A stretch of DNA of 64,000 nucleotides from an uncultured Hyphomicrobiales bacterium (GTDB lineage Bacteria > Bacteroidota > Ignavibacteria > Kapaibacteriales > UBA7675). This document shows, piece after piece, positions 37,915 through 47,629 of the stretch; the first letter of the stretch is position 1; each line of letters opens with the position of its first letter. The stretch covers positions 23,638 to 87,637 of the forward strand of contig CAYULF010000007.1 in assembly GCA_964445695.1 (NCBI GenBank), given 5' to 3'. The notes under the pieces are model-generated. The model saw only the letters and a list, made by a program, of their open reading frames with translations, was not told where the DNA came from and searched no databases. Made by a program: the position numbers and the translations under genes.

Positions 37915-40689
37915 ATGCAGAGATCAGATTGTTTATACACTTTTTTTAACAGTCGCCGCTCAGGACCGACGAGTTGGCCGTTCCTGACAGCGCTTGTGCT
38001 GCTGTTCTCACCCGTTTTTTTTACAGCTTTACAGGCCGCTCCCGATGACGGCGACTGCTGTGAGAGCATAACCTTGCGCTACGTTAACTCGGAGATCGGC
38101 GATTGCTGTTTTGACCTGTACATTGCATTTGACGAAGACTTTGATTGCAACGTCGATAAAGCGCGGATTACCATCCAGGGCGATCCCGTTACGCTGACTG
38201 TTGAAAACTCAGAATGGCAGCCCGTAATCAGCGGGAATGAGGCGACCTTCACCGGCGTGCCCACTGCAGGAGACGAAGTGTACCTGGGAACCGCTTGCAT
38301 CACCGGAGCAGAAGCCTGCTACTCGCTCACATTTGAGTACTGTGATGCCGACAGCCAGCAATGGGTCGTATGCAAAGACTCGTTTAAACTTTACTGCAGT
38401 ATTGCAGATGCTTCTTTGTGCGGCACAAAGTACGAAGACCGCAACTGCAACGGCATCCGCGACGAAGGTGAACCGGGAATTCCGGACTGGACGATTGAAA
38501 TTCACAACCTTGAAAACAATCAGACACTTTCGACGACAACCGACGCGGACGGCAATTACAAGTTCGAAGATCTCGACCTGGCGCCTTGGTATGTCTACGA
38601 AGAGCAAATGGACGGATGGGCCCAGACCGCGCCTGTCCACGGTCGATATTTTGTTGAACTGACGGAAGGTCAGACAATCGAAAATCTCGATTTCGGCAAC
38701 ATCAGCGTTTGCCCGGCGGATGACCGGACTGTGTTAACATTTCTGGCGGGCGAAAAAGACAACTTCGATCCCGACGCCGACACTCCAGCCGCATCGCTCA
38801 GTCCGAGTTTTGCCGAATACCTGTCGGGGCGCGCCGTGACCGGATTTGACGATTCGGACATCGACCATTTCTTTGCACACAGTTTTACGGATTTTGGAAT
38901 GGACAACTGCTGCCTTGTTGCGGCCTGCCTGACAATTCATATGCGCACAAACAACTCCAATCTGAGCCGCAATGACGGCATTGGCTTCCTGCAGGACGGA
39001 GTTGGCCTGTATTACAATACCATTTCCAACCTGCTCGGAGGAATCACCTGGCAGAATCAACCGGGAACAACACTTAAACTCGACCTGGGCAATCTGCTGA
39101 CGAACAACGGTACAAGCATTCTACCATCCCTGCGCGACGGAACACTGGACTTTTTTGTCCAGGATGACACGCAAGTCGACTGGGTTGAATTGACCGTGGA
39201 GTATTGTTGTCAATCGGATTGCTGTGAACACCTGACGCCGAGCTATACCAACGTCGGCGATGAAGGCCCCTGCTGCTTTGAGTTTAATGTCTCCGTGGCG
39301 GAAGACCTGGGCTGTGAGTTCGATGCCGTGCGTATGTCCGTGCTGTCCGAAGAAGCGGTGACCATAACTTACAACGGAGACGGCAGCCACGATTACACAA
39401 TCGACCCCAACCAGATTACCGTCAATCAGACACTGGAAGAAGGTGAAAACGGGCTCGGCATTTACTGTATTGAAGGGCTCTCGACCGTCTACCATATCGC
39501 CTTTGAGTACTTCGACGTTGAAACCCAGACCTGGATAAGTTGCGGCGAATACCTGCGTGTCTATTGTTTAATAGAGAGCGGATCGATTTGCGGCAACAAA
39601 TTCGAGGACACGGACTGCGACGGCTTGCGCGACATCGGTGAACCAGGAATTGAAAACTGGGAGATTGTGATTGTCGATCCGGTCTCGGGTACGGTAGAAA
39701 CGACGACGACCGACAGCAATGGCGACTACAAGTTCGAAGACCTGGAATACGCAACCTGGATCGTGTATGAAACACAACAGTCGGGTTGGGTCCAAACATC
39801 ACCGGCTGCCGGACGATACGTTGTCGTTGTTTCATCAAATTCAGCAGTTGAAAACCTGGACTTCGGCAATTCGCCCATTTGTGAAGACCCGCTTGAAACC
39901 AGCGTTCTGGTGGGAGAAATGGACGACTTCAATCCGGATCCGGATGTGCCCGCCGCATCGCCCAGTGACGAACTTGTCGAATTTCTGGCGGGACGTTCGC
40001 CAATCGTAGGTTTTGACAATGGAACCATTAACCGTCATTTTGCTCATTCCTTTACCGACCTCCTTGAAGAACTGCATCTGGGCGGCTGTTGCATTGTCGG
40101 CGCACAGCTCAGACTGCGCGTACGCACCAACAACTCGTTCTTCAGCTGGAACGACGCCATTTACTTTGTGCAGGACGGGCAGGTCATCTGGAGCTCCAGC
40201 ATCGGCGTTCTGACCGGCGTCAGGTGGACCAACCAGCCGGGAACGATCATCACGATCGATCTGGGCAACCTGCCCGGCGGCAACGCAACCAGCATTATGC
40301 CTATGTTAATCGATGGTTCACTGGACTTCTACCTACAGGATGACACAAGTGTCGACTGGGTCGAGTTGGTGGTTCAGTACTGCTGCGGCGATCACGAACA
40401 GACTGTTCCGGTCAAAGAAGATGGTGAAACGAGCGCGTTCCTGCTGAAGCCGAATCCGGCCGCCAATACGATCTCGCTTGATTTCAACGTCGCCGACGCA
40501 GGCGTCTGGAACTTCGATGTGGTTAACAACCGCGGCGAAGTAGTTTATTCGCATGGCGCAGTGAACTTCAGCGCCGGCGAACAATCGCTGAACTTCGATG
40601 TACGTTCGCTGGTTAACGGCGCGTACTTCCTGCGCATTCGCACGGCCGACGGCAGTGTTCAGTCGCTGCCGTTCTCGGTGGTTCGATGA
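37915..40689 (+). CDS. Cysteine-rich modular T9SS-sorted protein, paralog B (same architecture as paralog A; about 70% identical in the body, about 98% nt identity over the last about 290 bp)
   Basis: 924 aa. Same CC motifs and two SdrD-B-like domains. C-terminal 95 aa essentially identical to paralog A. Confidence 0.8.
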   Translation: MQRSDCLYTFFNSRRSGPTSWPFLTALVLLFSPVFFTALQAAPDDGDCCESITLRYVNSEIGDCCFDLYIAFDEDFDCNVDKARITIQGDPVTLTVENSEWQPVISGNEATFTGVPTAGDEVYLGTACITGAEACYSLTFEYCDADSQQWVVCKDSFKLYCSIADASLCGTKYEDRNCNGIRDEGEPGIPDWTIEIHNLENNQTLSTTTDADGNYKFEDLDLAPWYVYEEQMDGWAQTAPVHGRYFVELTEGQTIENLDFGNISVCPADDRTVLTFLAGEKDNFDPDADTPAASLSPSFAEYLSGRAVTGFDDSDIDHFFAHSFTDFGMDNCCLVAACLTIHMRTNNSNLSRNDGIGFLQDGVGLYYNTISNLLGGITWQNQPGTTLKLDLGNLLTNNGTSILPSLRDGTLDFFVQDDTQVDWVELTVEYCCQSDCCEHLTPSYTNVGDEGPCCFEFNVSVAEDLGCEFDAVRMSVLSEEAVTITYNGDGSHDYTIDPNQITVNQTLEEGENGLGIYCIEGLSTVYHIAFEYFDVETQTWISCGEYLRVYCLIESGSICGNKFEDTDCDGLRDIGEPGIENWEIVIVDPVSGTVETTTTDSNGDYKFEDLEYATWIVYETQQSGWVQTSPAAGRYVVVVSSNSAVENLDFGNSPICEDPLETSVLVGEMDDFNPDPDVPAASPSDELVEFLAGRSPIVGFDNGTINRHFAHSFTDLLEELHLGGCCIVGAQLRLRVRTNNSFFSWNDAIYFVQDGQVIWSSSIGVLTGVRWTNQPGTIITIDLGNLPGGNATSIMPMLIDGSLDFYLQDDTSVDWVELVVQYCCGDHEQTVPVKEDGETSAFLLKPNPAANTISLDFNVADAGVWNFDVVNNRGEVVYSHGAVNFSAGEQSLNFDVRSLVNGAYFLRIRTADGSVQSLPFSVVR

Positions 40690-40736
40690 CTTCTGCCCTG
40701 AGTTAACAACTCACAGCGCAGATTGATGTTCAAATG

Positions 40737-40780
40737 CGCACCGCTTCGGTTATTACCGCCGGAGCGGTGCGTTGTGTTTT
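40737..40780 (+). terminator. Rho-independent terminator after paralog B
   Basis: Stem cgcaccgcuucgg/ccggagcggugcg (one G-U) extendable by cgg/ccg, loop uuauua, followed by UUGUGUUUU. Confidence 0.7.
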
Positions 40781-40894
40781 ACGACTGCACTCATTGAATA
40801 TTCACTTCTCACCCTTTTACAAACAAGAAAATCAAGCCGCGCACAGCAGGAGCAATGCACTCAAGCCTCAGAAATCAGCCTCAGAAATTCATGT

Positions 40895-41971
40895 TCAATC
40901 GCTCTCTTCCCTGACGTGATCAATACCGCGCGCCACAATATCGACCATCTCCTCGCGCTCCTCGGCGTCGGGCGGCGCAATTTCCTCCGCCTCATCTGAA
41001 GCCGGCAGGCATTGCAGTTTAATGAATATGGGAAAGTGATCAGACCCGAAGTGTTCAAGCCGGCGCAAGTCCGCAACCACAAAGTCCGAAGTGTGAAACA
41101 CGTGGTCGAGCGGCCAGCGCAGCCACCAGCGCCGTGCGTTGAATGTGTTGAACGCGCCGCGGCCCTTGCGCGGATCGAGCAGCCCGCTGATCTTTTGAAA
41201 AAGATTGTTTGAATGCGACCAGGCCACGTCGTTGAGATCTCCGGCGACAACTGTGGCTTCGCCCCGCGCGCGAATGCGATCGGCACAGATTAACAGTTCG
41301 GCGTCGCGAGGAGCGGAACTGTCGGCCTCGCCCGGCGCCGGCGGCTCCGGGTGTAAACAATAGAGCCTGAATTTGCGTCCACTCTGCAATTTAACATGAC
41401 AATGAATCGAGGGGATATCCTTTTTAAGCAGGTATTCCACGCGAGGTTCAATCAACTCCAGGCGTGAATACAGCGCCATGCCGTAGAGATTGTCGCGCAG
41501 ATCGGCAACATACCACTTAAACATTTTCCGCAGCTCGGTCAGTTGTTTATCCCACCACTCATCCGGTTCGAGCAAAAGGAGCATGTCCGGCTGCTCGCGC
41601 TTAACAATCTCCAACAGACCGTCCGTATTGCGATTGCTCATCAGGACGTTGGCAACCAGAATGGACAGTGTATCTGCATTCCTGTTGTTCGCGGAGGCCG
41701 ACTGCGCTTCCAACGCCGCCAGGCGCGAATAGGGAAACAAGGTAAATACCTGATACAGCGCCGCCGCAACGGCCGTTAACAAAACCACAACATTGACAAG
41801 GAAGTCCGACGGCCCGCAACTGACAAACAACACGGTGCAGGTAAGCAAAAACAGCAGAAGCAGATATCGCGGAAAATCAAAAGCGCGAATCCACCACTCG
41901 TCGCGGCGAACAAGCGGCATGACGTTTGCAATTACTGCCAGCAACAACAGAATCGTCGTGAAGATGTTCAT
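40895..41971 (-). CDS. Endonuclease/exonuclease/phosphatase (EEP) family protein with N-terminal multi-TM region. ORF track extends it antisense through fbaB to 42985; trimmed to Met 41971.
   Basis: MNIFTTILLLLAVIANV... four hydrophobic helices, then EEP-like C-terminal domain ending ...GSDHFPIFIKL (catalytic SDH motif). Confidence 0.7.
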   Translation of the reverse strand: MNIFTTILLLLAVIANVMPLVRRDEWWIRAFDFPRYLLLLFLLTCTVLFVSCGPSDFLVNVVVLLTAVAAALYQVFTLFPYSRLAALEAQSASANNRNADTLSILVANVLMSNRNTDGLLEIVKREQPDMLLLLEPDEWWDKQLTELRKMFKWYVADLRDNLYGMALYSRLELIEPRVEYLLKKDIPSIHCHVKLQSGRKFRLYCLHPEPPAPGEADSSAPRDAELLICADRIRARGEATVVAGDLNDVAWSHSNNLFQKISGLLDPRKGRGAFNTFNARRWWLRWPLDHVFHTSDFVVADLRRLEHFGSDHFPIFIKLQCLPASDEAEEIAPPDAEEREEMVDIVARGIDHVREESD

Positions 41972-42184
41972 ACAGATTTGCTGCGGAATTGAACTAAAAT
42001 CGACCTGACACAAATCTAGTGAAAGCGGGCTATAATCCCGCTGTGGGCGTCCGTCGCATTCGCCTGCGCGACTTTGGCTCCGTCCGATTGCACGCCATCC
42101 GCGCCACTTTTCGTAAATTGCGGCCGGAAAACGAACAAAATTACAAATCGACTTTTGAATCCAGGATTTTTCCGAGGCCGTATC

Positions 42185-43234
42185 ATGATCGATCGCATCA
42201 CGGAACTGCTTGGCGACCGCGCCGAGAACCTGCTCGGGCACACGTGCCGGACCATTGACAAATCCAGTCTGCATCTGCCTTCGGCCGACAGCGTCGACAA
42301 GGTGTTCACGTACTCGGATCGCAACAACCGCGTGCTGGGCAATCTGCAGCGCATCATGGACACCGGCCGTCTGGGCGGCTCGGGCTACGTTTCCATCCTG
42401 CCGGTGGACCAGGGCATCGAGCACACGGCAGGCGCCAGTTTTGCGCCGAATCCGGCCTATTTTGACCCCGAAAACATTGTTAAACTGGCGATTGAAGGCG
42501 GCTGCAACGCCGTGGCTTCCACCTTTGGCGTACTGGGCATCACAGCGCGCAAATACGCCCACAAAATTCCCTTTGTCGTTAAAATCAATCACAACGAACT
42601 GCTGACCTATCCGAACAAATACGATCAGCAACTCTTCGGCACGGTGGAACAGGCTTACGACATGGGCGCGGCGGCTATCGGCGCCACGATCTATTTCGGT
42701 TCGGAAGAAAGCAGCCGCCAGATTGTGGACATCGCCCACGCCTTCGCCCATGCGCACGAACTCGGCATGGCTACGATTCTGTGGTGTTACACGCGCAACA
42801 ATGCGTTTAAGGCCGACAAAGACTACCACACCGCTGCGGACCTGACCGGTCAGGCAAACCACCTGGGCGTCACTATCCACGCCGATATTATTAAACAAAA
42901 GCTGCCCGAAACCAACGGCGGTTTTTCGGCGCTCAAATTCGGCAAAACACATCCGGCCATGTACGACCAACTCTGCAGCGACCACCCGATCGACATGTGC
43001 CGCTATCAGGTGGCCAACTGCTACATGGGTCGCGTCGGTTTAATTAACAGCGGCGGCGCTTCCGGCAGCAACGACTTCCAGGACGCGGCGGCAACGGCGG
43101 TGATTAACAAACGCGCCGGCGGCATGGGCCTCATTTCCGGCCGCAAGGCATTCCAACGCCCGATGGACGAAGGCGTCCAGCTGCTCAACCTCATCCAGGA
43201 CGTATATCTTTCCGACGACGTCACGATCGCCTGA
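42185..43234 (+). CDS. fbaB: Class I fructose-bisphosphate aldolase (FbaB/DhnA type). ORF open from 42074; Met 42185 matches the FbaB N-terminus.
   Basis: Near-collinear similarity to E. coli FbaB recalled from memory: [76 protein letters not shown]. Confidence 0.9.
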   Translation: MIDRITELLGDRAENLLGHTCRTIDKSSLHLPSADSVDKVFTYSDRNNRVLGNLQRIMDTGRLGGSGYVSILPVDQGIEHTAGASFAPNPAYFDPENIVKLAIEGGCNAVASTFGVLGITARKYAHKIPFVVKINHNELLTYPNKYDQQLFGTVEQAYDMGAAAIGATIYFGSEESSRQIVDIAHAFAHAHELGMATILWCYTRNNAFKADKDYHTAADLTGQANHLGVTIHADIIKQKLPETNGGFSALKFGKTHPAMYDQLCSDHPIDMCRYQVANCYMGRVGLINSGGASGSNDFQDAAATAVINKRAGGMGLISGRKAFQRPMDEGVQLLNLIQDVYLSDDVTIA

Positions 43235-43272
43235 CCTGGTGCGGCGACGTGTGTTTAAGTTCTGACAAGATC

Positions 43273-43299
43273 GGCTCACCCATGCGGGTGGGCCTTTTT
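43273..43299 (+). terminator. Rho-independent terminator after fbaB
   Basis: Stem ggcucaccc/gggugggcc (one G-U), loop augc, then UUUUUC. Confidence 0.7.
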
Positions 43300-43595
43300 C
43301 ATGAGCTTTTTGTTCGTCGCGCAGACCAAAGTCTTCGAGTCCCTGGTTCGCCTGAAACACTTCCACATTCTGTCTCTCAGCCCGCGGCAAAACCACAGGT
43401 CCCGCGCGCAGGACGCTCGTCCCGCAACCGTGCGCCATGAAATCCGGCTGCCGCAGCTGCAAACGCCAATCCCGGTCGAAGTGTCCGCAGGCGGACGAAA
43501 TTGCGTCACACTTCACTAATCCGCCGCACCGCTCGTCAACAATGCCGTCCGCGCGCAAAACATCGCGCGGCGCATTTTCCAGCCCGGACGCTGCT

Positions 43596-45353
43596 ATGCA
43601 AGAATTACGCCGCCTGAAACCTTACCTCAAACGCCATTCAAAGATCATCTTCTTTGGATTTGTGTTTGTCACGCTGTCCAATGTTGCCGCCATCCTCGGC
43701 CCGCGCATCATCGGCGATACCATCGATCTGATTGAGCGCGAAGGTTTCAATGCGGCCATGTATTCGGACGTATTGTGGCATGTGGCGGCATTCCTTGGCA
43801 CGGCGGCATTCTCGGGCGTTTTTATGTACTACACGCGGCGCACGATCATCGTCGCCTCGCGGCGTATCGAGTACGAACTGCGGCGCGACCTGCTCGGCAA
43901 GCTGGAAACGCTGCCGATGCGCGCGATCCAGCAGACATCCACCGGCGAATTGATGGCGCTGGGGACCAACGACATCTCCGCCACGCGCGAATTTCTGGGC
44001 CCGGCGATCATGTATTCCGCCAACACATTGACGCGCGGACTCTTCGCGATCGTCATGATGATCATCGCCAGCCCGCTCCTGACGCTCTATACGCTCATTC
44101 CCCTGCCGCTGGTCTCGCTCGTGACCTACTGGATCGGCAAGAAAGTCCACGTGCTCTTCCGCAGTGTGCAGGAACAGTACGGAGCTCTGACGACGACCAC
44201 GCAGGAGAATCTCTCCGGCGTGCGCGTTGTGCGCTCCTTCACGCGCGAAGAACACGAAAAAGACGAATTCGGCAACCAGAGCCGCAAATACCTCGATCGC
44301 AACATTTCGCTCGTAAAAATCCAGGGATTGATGATGCCGCTCATGGTCGTGCTGATCGGCGCGGCGCACGTCATCATTCTCTTTGCCGGCGGAAATATGG
44401 CTATCAGCGGCGAAGCCACCATCGGCGAGCTGACGCAGTTTTTCATGTACGTCACCTTCCTGATTTGGCCGGTGATTTCAATCGGCTGGGTCATCAATAT
44501 CATACAGCGTGCCTCCGCCTCAATGGGCCGTCTCGGCCGCATTTTTGATCTGGACGTCGACATTCAGGACGGCCGCGATCTCGAGGCGAAACTCGACGCC
44601 GAGGCCGGTTCGATTGAGTTCCGCAACGTCAGTTTTGCCTATCAGGAAGACAGTGAGCAGGTGCTCAAAGACGTGAGTTTCACGCTGGAGGCGGGCCAAA
44701 CGCTCGGTATCGTCGGCGCTACGGGCAGCGGCAAAACGACGCTCATCCGCCTGCTGACGCGCCTCTACGACGTCAACGACGGCCAGGTGCTCGTCGGCGG
44801 CCGCGACGTGCGCGACTACCCATTGGAAGTGCTGCGCTCAAGCATTGCCGTTGTGCCGCAGGAATCATTCCTCTTTTCCACCACCATCGCCGAAAACATT
44901 CGTTTTGGACGCCCCGACGCGACAATGGAAGAGGTGATGGAAGCCGCCGGCATTGCCCAACTGAGCGACGAAGTCGACAATTTTGAAAAGGGCTGGGACA
45001 CGCTCGTCGGCGAACGCGGCATCACACTCTCCGGCGGACAGAAACAACGCACATCGATTGCGCGCGCCATCGTGCGCAAACCGGTCATCCTGGCGTTTGA
45101 CGACGCCCTCTCCGCCGTCGACACGGACACGGAGGAGCGCATCCTGCGCGGATTGGACACAGTCGTGCAGCAGCGCACGGGAATTATTATTGCCCACCGA
45201 ATTTCATCGGTTAAAAACGCCGATAAAATTATTGTTCTTCACGATGGCCGCGTGGCCGAAAGCGGCACACATGCCGAGTTGCTGGAACACGACGGCCTCT
45301 ACGCCGACATGTACCAGAAACAGTTGCTGCAGGAAGAAATCTCGCGGATGTAG
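43596..45353 (+). CDS. ABC transporter ATP-binding/permease protein (MsbA-like exporter). ORF open from 43437; Met 43596 preferred.
   Basis: Six-TM exporter domain followed by NBD with Walker [10 protein letters not shown], signature LSGGQKQR, Walker [14 protein letters not shown]-loop IAHR. Confidence 0.88.
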   Translation: MQELRRLKPYLKRHSKIIFFGFVFVTLSNVAAILGPRIIGDTIDLIEREGFNAAMYSDVLWHVAAFLGTAAFSGVFMYYTRRTIIVASRRIEYELRRDLLGKLETLPMRAIQQTSTGELMALGTNDISATREFLGPAIMYSANTLTRGLFAIVMMIIASPLLTLYTLIPLPLVSLVTYWIGKKVHVLFRSVQEQYGALTTTTQENLSGVRVVRSFTREEHEKDEFGNQSRKYLDRNISLVKIQGLMMPLMVVLIGAAHVIILFAGGNMAISGEATIGELTQFFMYVTFLIWPVISIGWVINIIQRASASMGRLGRIFDLDVDIQDGRDLEAKLDAEAGSIEFRNVSFAYQEDSEQVLKDVSFTLEAGQTLGIVGATGSGKTTLIRLLTRLYDVNDGQVLVGGRDVRDYPLEVLRSSIAVVPQESFLFSTTIAENIRFGRPDATMEEVMEAAGIAQLSDEVDNFEKGWDTLVGERGITLSGGQKQRTSIARAIVRKPVILAFDDALSAVDTDTEERILRGLDTVVQQRTGIIIAHRISSVKNADKIIVLHDGRVAESGTHAELLEHDGLYADMYQKQLLQEEISRM

Positions 45354-45388
45354 ATCGCCCGCATGTTTAACACATTTCCGGACAGGAT

Positions 45389-45955
45389 ATGCTTGCTTCC
45401 CCGCCAGAGCATGAATTTGCATTGCGTAAAACGACATACTCCCTGCTTTTTACGCTTGTTGCGATACAGGTTTTGATAGTCTTGCCCGTTACGTTTACCG
45501 TGGTTCTGTTGAAGGGTGGCTCAAAGTTGTTAATGATTGTGCCGACGGTCCTCACGGCTATCATAATTGCTGTCATTTACCTTAAAGCACGCATCTTCAT
45601 CACGCCGGAGTCAGTCCGTCTGGACCTCCCCAGGAACAGGATAAATATTGATTTTGCAGCCATCAAAATTTTAACACTCTCTAACCATGGCTTGCTTGTA
45701 GCCCAGAGTAAGTACAAGATTATTTACATCAGCGCCGCCTGGGCCGATGCGGGCGCAGCCGCTGATTACGTCATACATAGACTGAACGACCTCGGACTGC
45801 TCGATTCTATTGAACTGCATGGCGACACTGAGAAAATTGCGGCGGTGGCCGATCGGAAAGAGCGACTTCATTTTCAGACACACCTGCAGCACAGATTCCT
45901 CAGCAAGTACTTCGGGCAATCCGGCGACAACGGGGGCAGACAGCAGAATCATTGA
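45389..45955 (+). CDS. Small membrane protein, paralog 1 of 3 (2 TM + conserved cytoplasmic domain); possibly bacterial PH (bPH_2/DUF304)-like
   Basis: Two hydrophobic helices, then conserved block AADYVIHRLNDLGLLDSIELHGDTEKIAAVA shared with the next two genes. AGGA-like RBS upstream. Confidence 0.55.
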   Translation: MLASPPEHEFALRKTTYSLLFTLVAIQVLIVLPVTFTVVLLKGGSKLLMIVPTVLTAIIIAVIYLKARIFITPESVRLDLPRNRINIDFAAIKILTLSNHGLLVAQSKYKIIYISAAWADAGAAADYVIHRLNDLGLLDSIELHGDTEKIAAVADRKERLHFQTHLQHRFLSKYFGQSGDNGGRQQNH

Positions 45956-45983
45956 CAGCAGCGACTTTCGCAGGTGAAACTTC

Positions 45984-46547
45984 ATGGCAGCTCAAAGTTT
46001 AAACACCGACTTAAACACAGAGCCGACGGTGCGTTTTGGCCCGAGCCGTTTAGTCAGAGTTCTCCTCTGCCTGGGAACCGTTGTGTTCGCTGCCGGTGCG
46101 CTGTTCATGTTTGCCGCGGATGTCAGCCAGGGCGCTCTGATTTTTTTACTCTTTGTGCTCGGTTTTATCGTGCTTGCCATCTTTTCCTTCCGCTCTTTTC
46201 TGGAGATCAACAAACAGTGTGTTTGCATGCGCATGTTCCGCACGACGGCGATAGAGTTCAACGCCATCACGTATTTGAAATATCACCGCCAGGGCGTGAC
46301 TATCAGAACAAAGGATAAAAAAATCATCAGTTTTGACCGCAGTTTCCGCGATGCCGGCGCAGCGGCCGAGTACATTATTAGGCGCCTGAAACACTTAAAC
46401 AGACTCGACGAGATCGAATTGGATGGCGACCTCAAACGCATCAACAAAATTGCTACTCTGGAGGCGGATGCCGATCTGGAACACCCGGTGACTTCAGCCA
46501 TGACGCGCGCGCTGCTGGACGGGCTCTTTGACGCACTGAGCAGCTGA
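45984..46547 (+). CDS. Small membrane protein, paralog 2 of 3
   Basis: Two TM helices; AAEYIIRRLKHLNRLDEIELDGDLKRINKIA block; AGGTGA RBS-like sequence upstream. Confidence 0.6.
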   Translation: MAAQSLNTDLNTEPTVRFGPSRLVRVLLCLGTVVFAAGALFMFAADVSQGALIFLLFVLGFIVLAIFSFRSFLEINKQCVCMRMFRTTAIEFNAITYLKYHRQGVTIRTKDKKIISFDRSFRDAGAAAEYIIRRLKHLNRLDEIELDGDLKRINKIATLEADADLEHPVTSAMTRALLDGLFDALSS

Positions 46548-46684
46548 CGGACTTGAGCGCTTCGCCCGAACTCGGGCTTGCTTTTTCTTTTTGTTTATTA
46601 TTGTGAGAGAGTTCCGCGGGTTTGCAGCTTGTGAGGAGACCTGAACAAAATTCAGAACAAATCGCTAAATCAATCGAGAATTCC

Positions 46685-47254
46685 ATGACAAACAGCGACA
46701 AACAAGCTTTCCAGAACAATACCCCGCCGGCGCCAAAACTAAGAGTCAAAGTTGGCTGGATACTGCTGTCCTGTTTGTTTGTTTTGCTGTTTCCACTGGC
46801 GGTACTTCTGTCATTGTTTGCATTCAACATATTCGCCGCTTTAACAGTCGGACTCATGGCTCTTGCAATGCTTGTGTTTACGGTTGTGGTGTTCCGAACC
46901 TACCTTCAAGTCAGCGAATCATTTATCAGAAGCCGGATAGTGTTCACCAGAACAATAGCCTTCAAGGACATTAACAAGCTGAAAATGGACGACGACTCGT
47001 TGAAAATCTCCTCCAGTACAAACACCAACATCGTCATTTATTCCAGTTATCAAAGCTCCACTGTCGCTGTTGAATACATTATTCGCCGCCTCAAATCAAT
47101 GAACAGACTGGAGGAAATCGAATTGTGCGGCGACACGGCAAAAATCAAAAAAATTGCCGAGTCCAAATTGAAATTGCGCTTCAAAAAATCGTTCGCCGGC
47201 TCGGCTGCGGGAGAGATTCTATTGGGTCTGCTGGAGGGCTTGGGCAACAACTGA
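46685..47254 (+). CDS. Small membrane protein, paralog 3 of 3 (ORF open from 46622; Met 46685 used)
   Basis: Two TM helices; VEYIIRRLKSMNRLEEIELCGDTAKIKKIA block. Confidence 0.6.
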   Translation: MTNSDKQAFQNNTPPAPKLRVKVGWILLSCLFVLLFPLAVLLSLFAFNIFAALTVGLMALAMLVFTVVVFRTYLQVSESFIRSRIVFTRTIAFKDINKLKMDDDSLKISSSTNTNIVIYSSYQSSTVAVEYIIRRLKSMNRLEEIELCGDTAKIKKIAESKLKLRFKKSFAGSAAGEILLGLLEGLGNN

Positions 47255-47542
47255 GCAATTTGTCTGTTGGGGATTTGATGTAACCTGTTGATTGCCGTTG
47301 GGAGCGAGGTTTTCGGCTTTGCTGCCTGTGGTGCGGCGACGAGCCTTGAACGCTGGTACGGCGCGGTTTGGCGCGGACTCGGAGACTCGGGGTTTCTAGC
47401 CGGATGACGAGCAAAATTGCAAGGAAGCCTGCCGCCGAAGATAAAAGAAGGCGGCAAAGCGCTCAGGCAAACATGGTAAGACGGTGAGGTTAATTTTGGC
47501 GGGCTAACGGCAATAGTGGAAAACAGATGTTTAAAATACAAA

Positions 47543-47599
47543 AGACCTGTTAAGTCGGGATAAGCATTCTCCAAGGTAATTCCCGGGCTTAACAGGTCT
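47543..47599 (-). terminator. Inverted repeat (12-bp arms, 33-nt loop) followed by a U-rich tract on the minus strand, immediately downstream of porV
   Basis: agacctgttaag ... cttaacaggtct; minus-strand continuation UUUGUAUUUUAA. Confidence 0.4.
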
Positions 47600-47629
47600 C
47601 TGTAATTTTCAAGGACGGGCTGCGGGCGT

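Noticed and set aside
28855-41000. Mobile-element hallmarks (integrase, transposase, direct repeat of the tRNA 3' end) for the putative island
   Set aside because: I found none by reading both strands. The island call therefore rests only on composition, spacer length and gene content, and is reported as a hypothesis, not a feature.
40895-42985. 696-aa minus-strand ORF as called by the six-frame track
   Set aside because: Its N-terminal 338 residues are antisense to fbaB (whose protein matches E. coli FbaB nearly collinearly). The true gene starts at the Met at 41971, where the TM helices begin.
45671-45985. 104-aa minus-strand ORF with a signal-peptide-like N-terminus (MKFHLRKSLLSMILLSAPVVAG) overlapping the 3' end of small membrane paralog 1
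   Set aside because: It overlaps a gene that belongs to a three-member paralog family on the other strand; no family signal. Kept as a caveat because paralog 1 has a divergent C-terminal tail, so a frameshift or alternative gene here cannot be fully excluded.
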